DNA of 64,000 bases, from NCBI GenBank assembly GCA_016618085.1, contig JABLTG010000032.1:1-64000 (forward strand), written 5' to 3'. This document shows, piece by piece, positions 34,869-47,843 of the stretch. Origin of the DNA: Neovahlkampfia damariscottae. Taxonomy: Eukaryota. The position numbers were made by a program, and so were the translations under genes. The notes below the pieces were generated by a model. It saw nothing but the letters and a program-made list of their open reading frames with translations, had not been told where the DNA came from and ran no database searches. Each line of letters starts with the position of its first letter. Within the stretch, counting starts at the first letter, position 1.

Positions 34869-37467
34869 TTACAAATTTTTAAATTTGGTTTTGTTAAACC
34901 ATCTTGTTGATAATACATCAGCTAATGAATTAGTTGACGAATGAAAATCCAAAACTTTTTCTGTAGGAGCTTCTAAAGGTTTCAATAAAGATTTCATTGC
35001 TGGATCTTCTGATTTTGATAAATTATCAATCAAATTTCTGATGAATTTTTCACCAAATTCTGAATCTCTTTCATTTGATTTTAAAAGTGATTTTTTTAAT
35101 TCTTTTGAATATTTTGATTCAGGTAATGAAGAAATCAAAATTTTCTTTGTCACATCACTAGGTTTCTTATTGAAATATAATTAATACAGAATGTTAAACT
35201 TACAAATTCGAATAATTTTTGTAAAGAATCTCTTGGACTTGCTAATGAAAATGTATTATCTGTAGTCATTTGAATACTTGTATCATTGAGAACTGGGTCA
35301 TCTATCGCTGTAAAAATTACACTTCCTGATTTTTTTGGTTTTGAACTTCTTGGGTTCATTTCATGCTCACTGTTGTCTTCTTCATCTCCAAAATCAATAT
35401 CTTTCACAAGTTTGGTATCATCATCATTTCTAATCAGAACACTTGAATCTTCATCATCATCATCTGGATTGAAAGCCCAAACATGAGGTGGTTTAGCAGG
35501 ACTCACTTCTTCTTCATCAGATCCAAAATCTATATGTTTCACATTTTTTTTGATGGAATCATCATGAATTATTACACTACTTTCTTCATCTGATCCAAAA
35601 TCAACTGGTGTTTTTCTGATAATTACACTTGAATCATCATCAAAATTTGGAACATCCTTTTTGATAATGACACTTGAATCCTCATCAGATCCAAAATCAA
35701 TATCTTTGACATGTTTTACAGTATCATCATTTCTGATAATTACACTTGAATCTTCATCTTCTTCGCTATCAAAATTTGGAACATCTTTTCTGATTATCAC
35801 ACTGTTATCATTGTCTTCTTCATCAGATCCAAAATCTATATGTTTCATATTTTTTTTGATGGAATCATCATGAATTATCACACTACTTTCTTCATCTGAT
35901 CCAAAATCAACTGGTGTTTTTCTGATAATTACACTTGAATCATCATCATGATTTCCAAAATTGAAATTTGGAACATCTTTTCTAATTACAACACTTGAAT
36001 CATCATCGAATTCATCATCATCATCTTCTTCTTCTTCTTCATCTGGACCTCCAAAATTTGGAAGATTTTTTTTAATTATCACACTACTTTCATCATCAGA
36101 ATCATCAAATTTTGGAGCATGTCTAATAATAACACTGCTATCTTCGTCATCATCTGAACCACTAAAATTAGGAACATTCTTTCTAATAATAACACTACTA
36201 TCATTATCTTCTTCTTCTTCAGAACCAAAATCAATCTCTTGTGCATTCTTTTTTTTAACTGAATTATTGATAATAACACTACTATCATCGTCTGTCATAT
36301 TCATAAAACTTTGAGTTGGTTTGACTGTTTTTGAACCAGAATCAAAAGCAAATGCGTTGGAACTTTTGACAGTTTTGGTTTTTTCATCAAATGTCCATGC
36401 AAATTCTTGATCATCTTCATCTTGGTCACCTTCTTCTTCTTCTTCTTCTTCATCTTCATAATTATAGTTTTCAGGTGTTGGAGGTGTAACTGGATTTTCA
36501 TCTTTTCTTTTTTCTATCAGCGTCAAAAGTGCTGTATTTTTTTTTGCATTTTTAATAAACTTATGTTCTAACATTTCAGCTGCAGTTGGTCTTTGTTTGA
36601 AGTTTTTTGTTAAACAAGCAGCTACAAAACTTTTAAAATCTTTGCTGAATTTTCCTTCAAGTTTTGGAGGTTCTGCTTTTGAAATTTTAAAAAGAGCATT
36701 ATAAGGAGAAATTACACCTGAATAAGGAGGTTTTCCTTTTGCCATTTCAATTGCTGTAATTCCTAAAGACCAAATGTCAGCTCTGTCATTATAACCTGTT
36801 TGTTTAATAACTTCTGGAGCCATCCTTTAATAGTCAGAGAAAGAAAAATCACTTACCAATAAGGTGTTCCTGTGAATGTATTTCTTTTAGTTTGTGTTGT
36901 CGTCAATTGACCACAAACTCCAAAATCAGCAAGTTTGACTTCACCTTGTTCAGAACCTAAAAGAATATTTGCTGATTTGATATCTCTATGAATTTTTCCT
37001 TCATCATGTAAGTATTTTAAAGCCTTAAGTGTTTCTCTCATAATAATAGCAATGTAAGGTTCTTCTATTGTTCCATAAGGAAGATAGTCGTGAACAGAAC
37101 CACCTGATAATAATTCCATGACAATTATTAAATGTGTTTGATGAATATAAGAACCAAAAAGTTGGACCTTTGTTTATAGTTATATTTTTTTTTTGGTTAC
37201 AATATTTGGAGACTCACAGCTCAGTTGTGTATGAATTTCTTTTTGTAATTCGTTAATATCATCTTCAGTTGTTTCTAAATCAATCATTTTCATGGCTACA
37301 ATTTGTCCAGTTGTTTTATTTATTGCTTTATAGACCTAATGTTATTTTTTAATTTTATTTTTTTTTTACTTCTCCAAAACCACCTTTTCCAATGATTTCT
37401 AGTTTTTGATAATCATTTGGATTTAATGTTGTACTCTTTAAAATTAAAAAAAAATAAAAAAAACCAT
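34869..37467 (-). CDS. STE20/GCK-family Ser/Thr kinase with acidic repeat linker, multi-exon
   Basis: GKGGFG, VAMK, HRDIKSANIL, DFG, TKRNTFTGTPYWMAPEVI. Confidence 0.93.
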
Positions 37468-37616
37468 TTCAACTCAACAACAATAAATGATTTGTTATTT
37501 TTCCACCAATCACGGAGAAAAAGAAATGAAAAAAAATAATTGTAGTTTTTATTCTAATTTTTTATTTTTGTTGTTTCTTTGAAGTTTCGATTTCCTGACC
37601 AATAGTATTCAAATTT

Positions 37617-39247
37617 ATGTCAAAGTTAGAAAAGTTAGTGCAAAAAGGTGAAGAAGCACTGAATCAGAAAAAATATGGAAGAGCTATCAATAATTTCACT
37701 TATGCTTTAGAGGTGGATAAACTTAATTTTTCAATTGTTTCAAAAAGGTGTTTTGCTTTTTTGCAAAATTCACAATTTGAAGAAGTCATAAAAGATGCAA
37801 ACAGAATGATTAAATTAAATTCAAGTGATCCACAAGTAATTTCATTCAAAAAAATTAACAGTAATAGGCGTACATTTATAAAGGAATAGCATTGAAAAAT
37901 TTAAAGAAATTTAAACAGTCAAAAGAGATTGTAAAAACAGGTTTAGAAATTGATCCTGATAATACAACTTTAAAACAATTGAAAGAGGAATATACAAATT
38001 TTGATAAAATTGATTCAGAAAAATCGGAGAAATTTAAACAAATAGGAAACAAATTTTTCAATGAAGGTAATTTGCAAGAAGCACTTGAAAACTATAATAC
38101 TTCAATTGAGTTCAATCCAATGGAATCATCTATATATCATAATAGAGGGTTTCTTTTTCAAAAAAACAAAGAAATTGAAAAATCAAAACAAGATTATCAC
38201 AAATGTATTCAATTGGATAAAAATTATGTTAAAGCAAGATTCAAATTGGCATCAATTTATTTTGAAGAAAAAAATGAATCCAAATGTTTGGAGGTATTAA
38301 GAGAAGGTTTGGAAATGAACCCAAAAGAAGAAAATTTGCTCTCATTGTTTAACGTTATCTTCAAAAAAGTTCAAAAAATTTCAATGGAGAATTTGACCAC
38401 TGCACAAGAGTCATATTTCAATAAAGACTTAGGAAATGCATTAACTCTTTGTGATGAAGCACTTAATAAGTTCATAGAAATTGGTGATAAAAATGGATTA
38501 GAGAAAGGTTATAATCTATTGGCTTCTATTTATTTTTCAATGAATAATTTTAGTAGAGCTTCAATTTGTTATAATGAATGTTTGAAGTATCAAAAAGAAC
38601 TTAAATACAAAGAAGGAGAAGCAAATACGTTGAATAATCTTGGTACTTTATGTTACACATTTCATGATGATGTTAATGCATCATTATATTTTGAATCTGC
38701 TTATAAAATGATGAAAGAAATGAAAAAAGATCTCAAACCAATATTGAAGAATCTTGTAACAGTTCATTTTACTTTATCAAAATTCCAGAAATCATTAGAT
38801 TTTAGTATGGAATTATTGAAACTTTCAACAGGGATTGAAAAGATATCTGTTCTTCAATCGATTGGAAAATGTCAAAAATTTATGAAAGAATATGAAAATT
38901 CAATCAATTCTTATTTAAAAGCTTTTGATTTATCAAAAGAATATGATGAATTTGTATCTCAAATTCAATCATTGATTGGTGTTGGAAATTGTTATGAACA
39001 ACTTGAAAATTTTGAAAAATCGATTGAATACTATGAATGGTCTTTGGAAAAATCTCAAGAAAATGAGTATTTCTCTGGCCAAGGAGAGTCATATGAAAAT
39101 TTAGGATGGGCTTATTACACTATGAAAGAATATTCAAAATCACTTTCAAATTTTGAAAAAAGTAAATTAATGTTTTTAAAAATGAGTAATGAACAAAAAG
39201 TAAAAACAATGGATGAAAATATAAAAACAATAAAAGAAAAAATTTAA
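37617..39247 (+). CDS. Tetratricopeptide repeat protein, 2 exons
   Basis: Many TPR units (e.g. GEANTLNNLG, GESYENLG). Confidence 0.88.
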
Positions 39248-39301
39248 ATGATTCTATTGGCGGATTTTTTTTATCCAATTAAATTTTATTTTGTGTCGTT
39301 G

Positions 39302-39805
39302 ATGATTTTGAGGAAAGTTTCACAAACAAAAGTTTCAAAACGAACTTATTTGACTTATGGTTCACAGTTGTTAAATTTTCAAAGTCAAGTTATCAAAGAA
39401 ACCAAAACTAAAAATACATCAAAAGAAACATCTGCAGGCTTCAGTTACGGAGTTTTTTCAAATTTAGGAATGGTCAACGGTATAAATAAAAAATTATCAG
39501 ATACAGCAACAAAATCAACAGACATTGTTTTAAGTTATTTGAACTCTGCGTATTTTCAAGTTAACAAAATTTTTCCAAATGAAATTTTCAGCTTGGAAGA
39601 AATTGATTTTAAAAATTTGAAAACAAAATACTCAGAAATGAATTATCAATTCAGGTATCAAACAGAATCTGATATTACAGGTTATGTTGATGTAACAATA
39701 GACTACGATGGACGAAAGCTAGAATTAAAAAAATTAAGTGTTTTGAATAAAGACAAGGAAGAAATATACATAGAGTTACCAAATTATTTCTCTCTTATGG
39801 ATTAA
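39302..39805 (+). CDS. Hypothetical protein, possible mitochondrial presequence
   Basis: Open frame with a basic, S/T-rich N-terminus. Confidence 0.5.
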   Translation: MILRKVSQTKVSKRTYLTYGSQLLNFQSQVIKETKTKNTSKETSAGFSYGVFSNLGMVNGINKKLSDTATKSTDIVLSYLNSAYFQVNKIFPNEIFSLEEIDFKNLKTKYSEMNYQFRYQTESDITGYVDVTIDYDGRKLELKKLSVLNKDKEEIYIELPNYFSLMD

Positions 39806-39838
39806 AACAGGTTCAGAAATAAAAATGTTTTTACTTTC

Positions 39839-40221
39839 TTATTTTTTTCTCTCATTTTTGTTCAATTCATTTCTTATAGTGTTACATTTTATAACTAAGT
39901 CAGGTACTAATAAACCATCGATACACCATCCAATTCCTTTTTTGATTAGAAAAAAAAAATTAAAAAAACCAAAAAAACCGAATGTTAAAAAAAACATGAT
40001 ACCTCTTGGATGGTCATCTATTTCAAGTTAGTAGATTTAATTTAAAAACCTAAATAAAATCGATGAGCTCCAAAGATTCCAAGAAATGCCCACAATAAAT
40101 ACGCAAACAGCATTTTTCTCATTGGATACTTTTTTATTTTTTGTTTCTTTTTGGTGTTTAATCCAGTTTCTTCTGTTATGTCAAAATCATTTTCTTCCTC
40201 AACAGCAAAAGTCTCACTCAT
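39839..40221 (-). CDS. TM2 domain protein, 3 exons
   Basis: AYLLWAFLGIFGAHRFYL...TFGFFGIGWCID. Confidence 0.85.
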
Positions 40222-40290
40222 CTCGGAATACAAAATTATGATTGGATGAAAAGAAAGTGATAGTGAAATGATTATTGAAGAGTTAAAAAT

Positions 40291-41601
40291 TTATTTTTCT
40301 TCCGATTCTTCTTCTAAAGAATAATTTTTTTGTATGTCTTCAATTTCTTCTTCACTCAATTTCACCATAGGTAAACTAGTTTTTGTTTTTTCAGGTGCAA
40401 TTGAAAATTTTGTTGGATGTTCAAAAATAGGTGGACATAAAGTTGGAGGTAGGTAAGATCCATAGTTTGATTGAAATTCTTCCCTTAATGAAATTTCATT
40501 TGAATAAATATCAGATAATTGTTTAGACACATCCAAAACCAATTTATCAATCATAATGGTTGCACGATTTCTTCGATTAATTTCAAGTAATAGTTGTTTA
40601 TAAGATATTAAAAATAGATTATACCATGTTGTTAAGTCAGAAATTTCTTCAAAAGTGCTTCTACTTGCTGAAAGTCTTTGATGATAATGAGATTCAATTC
40701 CTTCTATATGAGCGATTTTGTTTGGAATCAATGGAGAAATCTTCTCCAAATCAATGAAAACTTCTTTTAAATTCTTATAGAATGTTGAAAAATATTTGAA
40801 TTTTTCTTCTGCTTTAGAACAATTGTCAATGATTTTCAAAACAATTTCATTCACCAATGATTGATTATTTTTTGAAAATTCAACAACATTTTTGTATTCT
40901 TCAAAATCCAGATTTAATGGATCATTTGATATTATGTAATGTAATTTATCGTATTTTGTGGCTATTTTTAGAGTCAAATCATTGATTTCTTTTAATTCTT
41001 TTTGATTGAATGTTTCAGGGTTTAAATTGAAATTAATGAAATCGATATTTTGGAGTAATTGTTTACTCTTTTCAGTGATCTGTTTATAAGGTTGATTTAT
41101 ATCATCTAAAACGTCTTTTGAACGTGTTTTTAATTTATCCAATTCAACAATTTCCACTTGAGCTTGTAGTTTTAAAGTTTCAACACTTTCAACGTTGACA
41201 TAATCAAATAAATCTTTTTTTTCAATTGTACTTTCAATTGAATTTGATATTAAACTTAACTCATTTTGTAAAGGAATGTTCTTTAACTTATTGAATATGA
41301 CATCCAGTTCTAATAATAGTTCTGTGGTTGTGTTTTTTGTTTTTTCAATATTTTCAGATAAATTTTTGTTTTTTTCATTCAAAGAAGCAAATAAATTATT
41401 TATGACGTTCAATTGTTTTTGTACTTCATTGAATATCGTTTGGAGTTTTGATTTATTCACTGATAATTTTTTTACATATTTTTCAATGCATTCTTTGTTT
41501 AATATTGATGCTTGTTTTGATTGTTCTTGAGATTTTTGTAGAATTACTTTTATCTCTTCTTTCTTCTTTTTCAGTTCTTCAAGGTTTTTATTCAAGTTCA
41601 T
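40291..41601 (-). CDS. Atg17-like autophagy scaffold
   Basis: Coiled coil with YKQLLLEINRR and REEFQSNYGSYLP, typical of the Atg17 family C-terminus. Confidence 0.75.
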   Translation of the reverse strand: MNLNKNLEELKKKKEEIKVILQKSQEQSKQASILNKECIEKYVKKLSVNKSKLQTIFNEVQKQLNVINNLFASLNEKNKNLSENIEKTKNTTTELLLELDVIFNKLKNIPLQNELSLISNSIESTIEKKDLFDYVNVESVETLKLQAQVEIVELDKLKTRSKDVLDDINQPYKQITEKSKQLLQNIDFINFNLNPETFNQKELKEINDLTLKIATKYDKLHYIISNDPLNLDFEEYKNVVEFSKNNQSLVNEIVLKIIDNCSKAEEKFKYFSTFYKNLKEVFIDLEKISPLIPNKIAHIEGIESHYHQRLSASRSTFEEISDLTTWYNLFLISYKQLLLEINRRNRATIMIDKLVLDVSKQLSDIYSNEISLREEFQSNYGSYLPPTLCPPIFEHPTKFSIAPEKTKTSLPMVKLSEEEIEDIQKNYSLEEESEEK

Positions 41602-41660
41602 TTTGGTTGGTGGAAAAATTAATATCCAATCACAGTCTTTTGAAACAAAACATCAACAAT

Positions 41661-44600
41661 ATGAACGGAGAAGAAGATTTAAAAAAATTGTTGAAAAGTG
41701 CTTTCAGACCAACAATTTTAGTAAAGACTACTCCGGATGTTGAAAAAATCATGGCAAAAAATGGAATGAAATTTATAGATTTACTTCGTCCTTGTGAGGT
41801 AATAAAAAAAGATAGTATTCAAAAAATAAATTAATTATATTTTAGTAAATATCAGAACTATCAATGAGGATTACAAAATTTCAGATTTTTCAGTTCGTTT
41901 TCGTGAATTTGATGATTTTATGTCACCAAACTCAAACGAATTTAAGAAATTTATTTTTGCCCTTGTAAAATCATGCTATGACAGTTATGAAAAACCTCTT
42001 TCAGTTCCACCTGATTTTGAACATGGAATTTCAGAAAAACTACTCAGATGTAAAAAAAAAATTAATTTAAAAAAATAGCCATAAGCAACACACCTTGGTT
42101 TGAAAAATTCAGAGAAGATTACCTTTTAAATTCAATTAGACTTACACCATATGAATGTTTATCACATCCAGTTGCTTGTATCAGTGTGGTTTCAACAGAA
42201 TCAGAAGATGCTTTTAAAGATATTTCAAACTTATTTAATCCAAGTAAACCACCAGAAGAGTTCAAAAAAAACCACGTTGATCAAGATATATTACATTATT
42301 ATGTTCTTGTTCATGATACAACTAATACTTCCATTGAAAAAAAAAAGTAAAAAAAACAAAGGTTTAATCATCTATTTATTCAACAGAGAGAATTCTATTT
42401 TTTCAAAAATACAATCCACTTATGGAGTAAGTTTTTCAAGAAAAATCTATGTCAATGGACGTCAAGAAAAAGATCCACAACTTCCTGATATTTGGAGTCC
42501 ATTAATACCACGTTATAGTTCTTTTAAATCAAATACTTTGAATTCAACACAACAAAAATCAACAAATATTGGTTCTTTGTTATCAAAAGATGATTTATCA
42601 TTTTTAACTATTGCAGTTGAAGGTTGGATTACTTATGGAATTATTCCATTTCTTGAAAAAAAAATAAAAAAAATCAATACTGAAGTGAGATTCGAAGAGA
42701 AGTCTTTTTTAACTTTTCACAGATTGTTATTCCAAAAAAGAGTTTCAAGTCAACTTTTTTTTCAATTTTTGGAAAAAAGAAAAATAGCAAAGAAGAGAAT
42801 TCTTTGAGTAATGAAAGTGCAGAAATGCAAATTAGAAAAATGGCTGATTATTGTTTTTTTCTTCAAGATTATGAAACAGCTTCTGCAACTTATAAAATTG
42901 CTATTTCTGATTTTAAATCAATTTCAAAAGATTCAATTCATGCAACTTCTGCTTTGGAAGCATTAACTTGGAGTTGGATTTTATCAATGTCAGGTAGTAG
43001 AAAAGAAATTGATTCCAATTTTGAATCTTGTTATAAAAACTATCAGAATGAAAAACAACAAAATTTAGCGTTGAGAAGTTCTTTAATTGAAGCATATGTA
43101 GAAATGAACAGAGGGAACTTCTTAGGTGCCACAGAATGTTACAAAAGAGCATCTTCCATTGACGTAACTTTTTTATATGTTTAATATATGAAATAGGGAC
43201 AAAGTAAAGTTACTTATGCCTTGTTATTTGAACAAACAGCTATAACCTATTTGTATTATCCAAAGCCACTTTTCAGAAAATTTGCTTTGTTTATGATTTT
43301 TGCAGGTTCAAGATTTTTATTGGCAAAATCAATGTCTCATTCATTCAGATGTTATATGTATTCAATTTTAATTTATGATGGTAACTGGAAAGATGTCAAT
43401 GATCATTTAAATTCAACCATTTCTCAATTATCATATTTTATGAAAGATTTAAATGTTTCTGTTGAAAGAATTCGTAAATTATTAAAAAATTGTACAGAAG
43501 AACCAGAAAAACAAAAAGCATATCTTTTGGATTTCATTCAATACGCAAATGTTAGTTTATTCTTATTTTAACTGTTTATTCAAGGAATACTATCAATCCA
43601 TTCAAAAATCACCTAATATTGTTGATTTAGAATTACCTTTGTTTGATGAAGAAAATGTGGTTGTTTTATTGAATAATTATGGAAAACCAACTTCAAATGT
43701 TGAAATGCCAAATGAAGATTGGAGAATGATGGAAGAATCAGTGGTTGGATTCATGGAAAAGAAAGGAGTTACATTCATGTGGGATAAATATTACAAACCA
43801 CCAAAATTACACACTGTTGTGAAAGATGAACCTATTTTTGTTGAAGTTTTAGTACAAAATAATTTGGCCATTGAAATCCCGATTGAAAAACTTCAATTGA
43901 CCGCAAATTTCAAACCTTTAACTGAAGACCCTGAAAAGAAGTCAATTAATCCTTATATTTGTGAAACAAAGAATATCATATTAGGACCTTTAGAGCATCA
44001 AAAAATATTGTTACAAATTACACCAACAGAAGAAGGAGAGATTTATATCACAGGAATTGAATGGATTATTTCAGGATCCATTCGTGGTACAAAAGTATTT
44101 AAACTTAAAGGAAGAAGAAAAAATGAGACAAAACAACAAAGAGCAACTATTTCTTATGAACCAGATACAAGATTAAATTTAATGGTGATTTCACATCAAC
44201 CTTTATTAGATGTATCTTATAACTTTCCAGAAAGACTCTGGAATGGTGAAATTAAAAAGTTAACATTAGAATTCAAAAATGTTGGAAAAGAAAAAATGAA
44301 AAATCTTGCAATGAAACTCAGTCATCCAAATTTCATGTGTTTTGCAACAAATGATGAGATTAAAGAAGACTTTCTTGGTGAAGATTTTAATGAAGATTTT
44401 AAAGAAATTGAATCACAACCTAATGATAAACTCTCAGATAATTTATCACTATTAAAAATTAAAGATGTCTTAGAACCTGAGGAAACACTTTCAATTCCAT
44501 TTTTCATGAGAGGAACAAAAACTGGAATTCAAAATTTCAAAGTTTTATTTTATTATGAAACAGATGAAAAGAAAATGCCTGTTAGATATTTTAAACTTTC

Positions 44601-45781
44601 AAAAAAAGTTGAAGTTATTGATTCAATTGATATTACTTCATTCACACTTCCATGTAGAAAAAATGTTGAAGAATATATTGTTGGAATTACAGTAAAGAGT
44701 AAAATTCAAGAAAGAAGAATTGAACTCGATCAAATTACATCTATCAGTCCAAAATGGAAAATATCACCTTTAAATTTTGATTCATCCAAGTAAGTCAAAA
44801 TAAGTAATTTTTATACATTATCTTTTTTAGTAAGGATCTTTCAAAATTCATTGCATTTCCACAAGAATCTACAACTTTGTATCTTAGAATTTCTAATCTT
44901 GAACATCCAATAGAAGTTGAATCATTGGAAGAAATTGATTTATCAAATGGTATTCTTGATATTCATTCAATGGCATTACCAAAATTACATCATACAGGAT
45001 GCTCACTTGCTGTAAGAAGAATGAAATTTTTTTTACTTTTTTTCAATAGTCAAATACATACAGAGATACAAGTGCTTCTCCTTTCATTGATTTCTTATTC
45101 AGAGATTGTGTTGTTGAAAGTGGATTATCACCAAAGAAAGATCAAATTATGAGACAATACGGATTACAAAGATCAAGATATATTGAATTAACAGAAGATG
45201 AAATTAGAAAAATTACAACTAGTTTGAAACATTTTCCATTTGGTGAAAAAGAAGGAATTTCTTTAGTATTTCATTGGCATACACCAGGTAATTTACAAAT
45301 TGGTCAATCTCACATCATTGATCTTCGTTTCTTACCAGAAAAAAAAATTCCAATTTCCAAACATATTTCTGAAAGAAATAAAGATGGAAAGATTCCACTT
45401 GACATTTCATTGAAATTTCCTTCAAGAAATGTTAAACATGATTTCAATGAAAATTCAATTTGTTTATTACCTGTTGTAATTACAGCAGAAAATTATTCAA
45501 AAAATATGGAATGTAATTTTTCATTGTCTTTACAATCACCTTCAATTAAAAATGAAACACAAAATTCATTTTATAATCCTTATGTTTGGATGGGTGCTAC
45601 AAAAATTCATCATGAAGATTTCAAACCAAGAGATCAGATTGAATACCAAGTTCAAGTTTGTTTCTTTTCAAAAGGTACTTATAATGTTAATCAAATTTAT
45701 GTTGATTTATATAATAAAACAATTAAAAAAGAACAAAAATTTAACTTTGGAAGTGAACAACATTTGGTGACTATTGAATAA
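41661..45781 (+). CDS. TRAPPC8: TRAPP III subunit TRAPPC8/Trs85, multi-exon
   Basis: TPWF, HPVACI, EMQIRKMADYCFFLQDY, RKFALFMIFAG, C-terminal Ig-like sandwiches. Confidence 0.88.
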
Positions 45782-45820
45782 GAATTGACAACAAAAAATA
45801 AAAATTTTATTTATAAAAAT

Positions 45821-46238
45821 TTAACACAATGTTATCTTTGGAGGTAAAAATTTTTCGAAGAAAATAGTAAAGATAATGGGTAATAAAATGAAAAGAAAAA
45901 AGGTTATTTTTATAAAAATTTTTTTATGTTTATATTTTTTCAACGATCATCATCTATTGAAAAATCTAGAAAAAAGAATTAGTTATACACCATCATCATC
46001 AAATTCTATAAAAAATATTTTGTATTAGTATTTGAACTTTTATTTTTTTTACCTTACCAACTGAATAATTCAATTTGAAAAATGGTTTTATAGAAAATTT
46101 TGAAGCGTTTTCCATCAAATCTGTTGTTTTCATGTCTTGATTGATGTCTATAGATAATATTTTGCTGAGTTTAATTTGTGATATTCCTCGCATTGAGGAC
46201 TTGTTGAAAAATTGTTTTTGAATGTTTTTTTGTAACAT
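45821..46238 (-). CDS. Small hypothetical protein (3' structure uncertain)
   Basis: 79-aa ORF with presequence-like N-terminus, CCAAT upstream and introns downstream. Confidence 0.35.
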
Positions 46239-46404
46239 GCTTGAAGTTGTCCAATGAAAAGACAGAATTTCAATTTGTTTAATTATTCCAGAAAATCAAC
46301 TCTAAAATGAAATGAATCAAAATTGTTTTTTCTCCGAGTCTTGTATAAAATTGGAAATCTAGTTAACCAATCAAATACTATACTAGATCAAAACAAACAA
46401 AAAG

Positions 46405-46618
46405 ATGTGTGATTGTGCTAAGACCGGTAAATGTGACTGTAAAAACTGTACATGTGAAAACTGCCCACAGTAAGATGAAAAAATACTAATAAACCCCTCA
46501 AAGAAAAAAAGAACAAACAAACAAAAAATGTTGTTGTGAAACATGCACTTGTGAAAACTGTCAATGTAAATGTGACACAAAAGGAAATTGCTCATGTGAA
46601 TCTTGTACATGCAAATAA
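46405..46618 (+). CDS. Metallothionein (59 aa, 19 Cys), 2 exons
   Basis: MCDCAKTGKCDCKNCTCENCPQ|KKEQTNKKCCCETCTCENCQCKCDTKGNCSCESCTCK*, intron 46470-46503. Confidence 0.88.
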
Positions 46619-46823
46619 ACAAATTCTTTTCAAAGATTTTTATTCTACTGTTTTTGATGAAACCAAGCCGAAGTGGGACAAATCTATCTGTAAATGATAA
46701 CAGTTTTAAAAGATTGTAAAACATTATTGCTTTGATTCTTTCCAGATTTAACCTTCCAATGAAGTTCTAAAGTTGCGAAATAAAATGACCAATCATACCC
46801 ATTGTTCATCACTCAACCTCATC

Positions 46824-47679
46824 ATGCTTTCACACTTACTTGGTGTATTCAACTTGGTATTTAAGTCAGTTCTCTTATTTTTTTTAGCTTGGACCAGCTA
46901 TTATCACAAACTATCTTCTTCATGTGTTAAAAAACCAAATTCAAAAATCACTCACAAAAGAACAATGTTTTATTTTTGAAGGAGTTTTGTTGTTCATCAT
47001 TTGGATTTCAGGATACATCATCTGCAAATTAAATACTCCAAATGACAAGAAATCTTTGTCAAATTCAAGTGAAGGAGAAAGAAATGATTTTGATATTATT
47101 GAACAAGAACAAGTTAGTATTAGAAGACAAATTCAGAGTGCTGTTGTTTTTATTGTAAACTTTGTGATATTTTGCATGAACCATAATCTCTTTCAAAATG
47201 TAATTGCTTCATCAATGGACAAAGAACTTTCAAACGGAAAAAGAATCGCATTGGCTTTGAAATGGTTATGTCTTCCAGTCTTGACTTACATACTGGCTAT
47301 TGTTAATGTTGGTTTGTTACGTTATCCAGACAAGAATAGATCCAAAGAAGTAACAAATGGCGTAAAGACTAATGATGAAGAAATTCGAATCCCACTGTCA
47401 TTCTTATCAAACACTAGCGAACAAATACTTGTTCATATAGTTGTGATTCTAGCAGTATCAGTCACAGTACCTGATATCAAGAGCCTGGAATTGGTTCCAA
47501 TATTGGCAATTTTATTTGTATTGGGAAGGATCAACTATTATCTTGGATACACTTATTTACCAGTAATGAGAGCGTATGGGTTTAGTTTCACTATTTTTCC
47601 AAATGCATTGGGTTGTCTTTATGTGATTGCGAATAATTTCCTTGCAATTGATATCTTGCAACTCTTGGGGCGAATTTAA
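46824..47679 (+). CDS. MAPEG-family membrane protein
   Basis: LSNTSEQ and LFVLGRINYYLGY...RAYG with multiple TM segments. Confidence 0.75.
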
Positions 47680-47843
47680 AAATAAACTTTAAAACTATTC
47701 ATTTCATCACTTCATGAAATTCTTCCAATCTTTCATAGACAATCAAGAGAAAAATGACTTTATTTTAAATCTTGATGCAAAAGAAAATTGAATCAAAAAC
47801 CAATTTCATTGGAGAATTTTTTTTTATCTGAAGCTGACAAAAA

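Noticed and set aside
35440..36290. Regularly spaced DNA repeats resembling a CRISPR array
   Set aside because: They are protein-coding repeats with synonymous variation in a eukaryotic gene; no cas genes are present.
32528..36501. Antisense ORFs rich in S/F/L over the coiled-coil and kinase genes (also 26019-26639)
   Set aside because: Shadow frames of low-complexity, GAA/GAT-rich coding sequence.
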